Assembly: GCA_951406725.2 (NCBI GenBank)
Contig: OX597830.1
Location: 13,144,001-13,208,000, forward strand
Length of the DNA stretch: 64,000 bases
From: Octopus vulgaris
Lineage: Eukaryota
Direction: 5' to 3'
Of the stretch, positions 63,001 to 64,000 are shown one piece after another. A program made the translations under genes and the position numbers. Numbering within the stretch: the first letter of the stretch is position 1; every line of letters begins with the position of its first letter. The notes under the pieces were generated by a model. That model saw nothing but the letters and a program-made list of their open reading frames with translations. It was not told the origin of the DNA and ran no database searches.

Positions 63001-64000
63001 AATAAACCAGTATATTTTAGTTAGAAGAAATTCTAGTATAAGAAGTATGTTGTATAAATATATTGTGCTTAACACCTGAAGATAGGATTATAGAAATCTC
63101 GGAGAACTTTCGAATAAAATAATTGCAACTATTATGCAAACTATATATTTTCGTTATATGTAAATTGTTTTCATTGTAGGATGTTGACAATTTTAATATC
63201 TTGAAACCACAAGTATTTAATATTGAGTATGTGAATTAGCTTTTTTAAATTTACAGTTTTCCTTGATATATTTTTGCTTTTATCATAAAATTAATACTAT
63301 CATAATAGATATTCACCTTTCTTCCCTTCACCTCTTACACATTCCATTTTTATGGAATGTCTTGCTAGATGAATTACCCTGGAGTGGCAAAGAACATAAA
63401 ATCGTTAACAGTGATGAAGATTAATTTTGTTAATTTTGTTTCTGCAACATTGCCCCACCTTCAAAATTATATTAGCAAATAGTATTTTCGAAAGATTTAC
63501 TGAAGAGTTTATTGAATTTTAATGTGGTTTTCCCTCTTTTAAATGACTACATTATTTATATTAAATTTATATTAAGTTTTGTAGCAAGTTTTCATTTCTA
63601 ACAATATGATTACTTTGTGAAATGTGAAGAACCAGGTGTAATAAAGTATTTTGTTATTTGTTGCTGTAGTTCTTAATATTGAGAATTATAGCAACAAACA
63701 TGAAATATATTTTTATAGAACGGAATTTAATTACTGTTTGAAATGGATTAATCTTCATTAAAACTTGTTGCTCAAGAAAAAAAGAAATGTATTTTTTAAG
63801 TAAATTAAATAGGTTATGATTAAAGGTTTGGGAATTATTAACTTTTCTTTTCATGGATGTGTATTAAGAATGAATTTTTCTATCATGCAGTCCATTATTT
63901 TCAATTTCAAATATCTAATTTCTTTTTCCTCCTTTGATTTGTACCTAACTTCTTACTAAGTTACAACCTGTAACTTGCTTGACTCTTGTTTTGATTATTT

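Overview
AT-rich, intron-dominated eukaryotic DNA. The repeat families suggest a coleoid cephalopod, probably Octopus; this is an inference from recalled repeat families. The only host gene I can support is PSMD3/Rpn3 (26S proteasome lid subunit): six internal + strand exons between 4802 and 20008 with GT-AG boundaries splice into an open 305-codon frame. Its N-terminal exons are not in the window, and I found no C-terminal exons in the 44 kb after 20008. The rest is mostly transposon debris: RTE and CR1 LINE pieces, two tRNA-derived SINE families, TTAA-specific piggyBac-type MITEs, hAT MITEs, mariner, Tigger, Helitron and Gypsy relics, plus microsatellites. The most interesting signals are structural. 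They are a canonical type I hammerhead ribozyme heading a short insertion (38626-38671, minus strand); a G3-C8 covariant minimal hammerhead next to a PSMD3 splice acceptor (10829-10879); a covarying hairpin/pseudoknot module tandemly repeated in RTE 3' UTRs; double-tailed RTE palindromes; a pre-miRNA-like hairpin (25585-25648); and a 210-bp templated inverted copy of intronic DNA inserted 10 kb away. Nearly all ORFs in the supplied track are spurious. Boundaries of degenerate TE relics are approximate.
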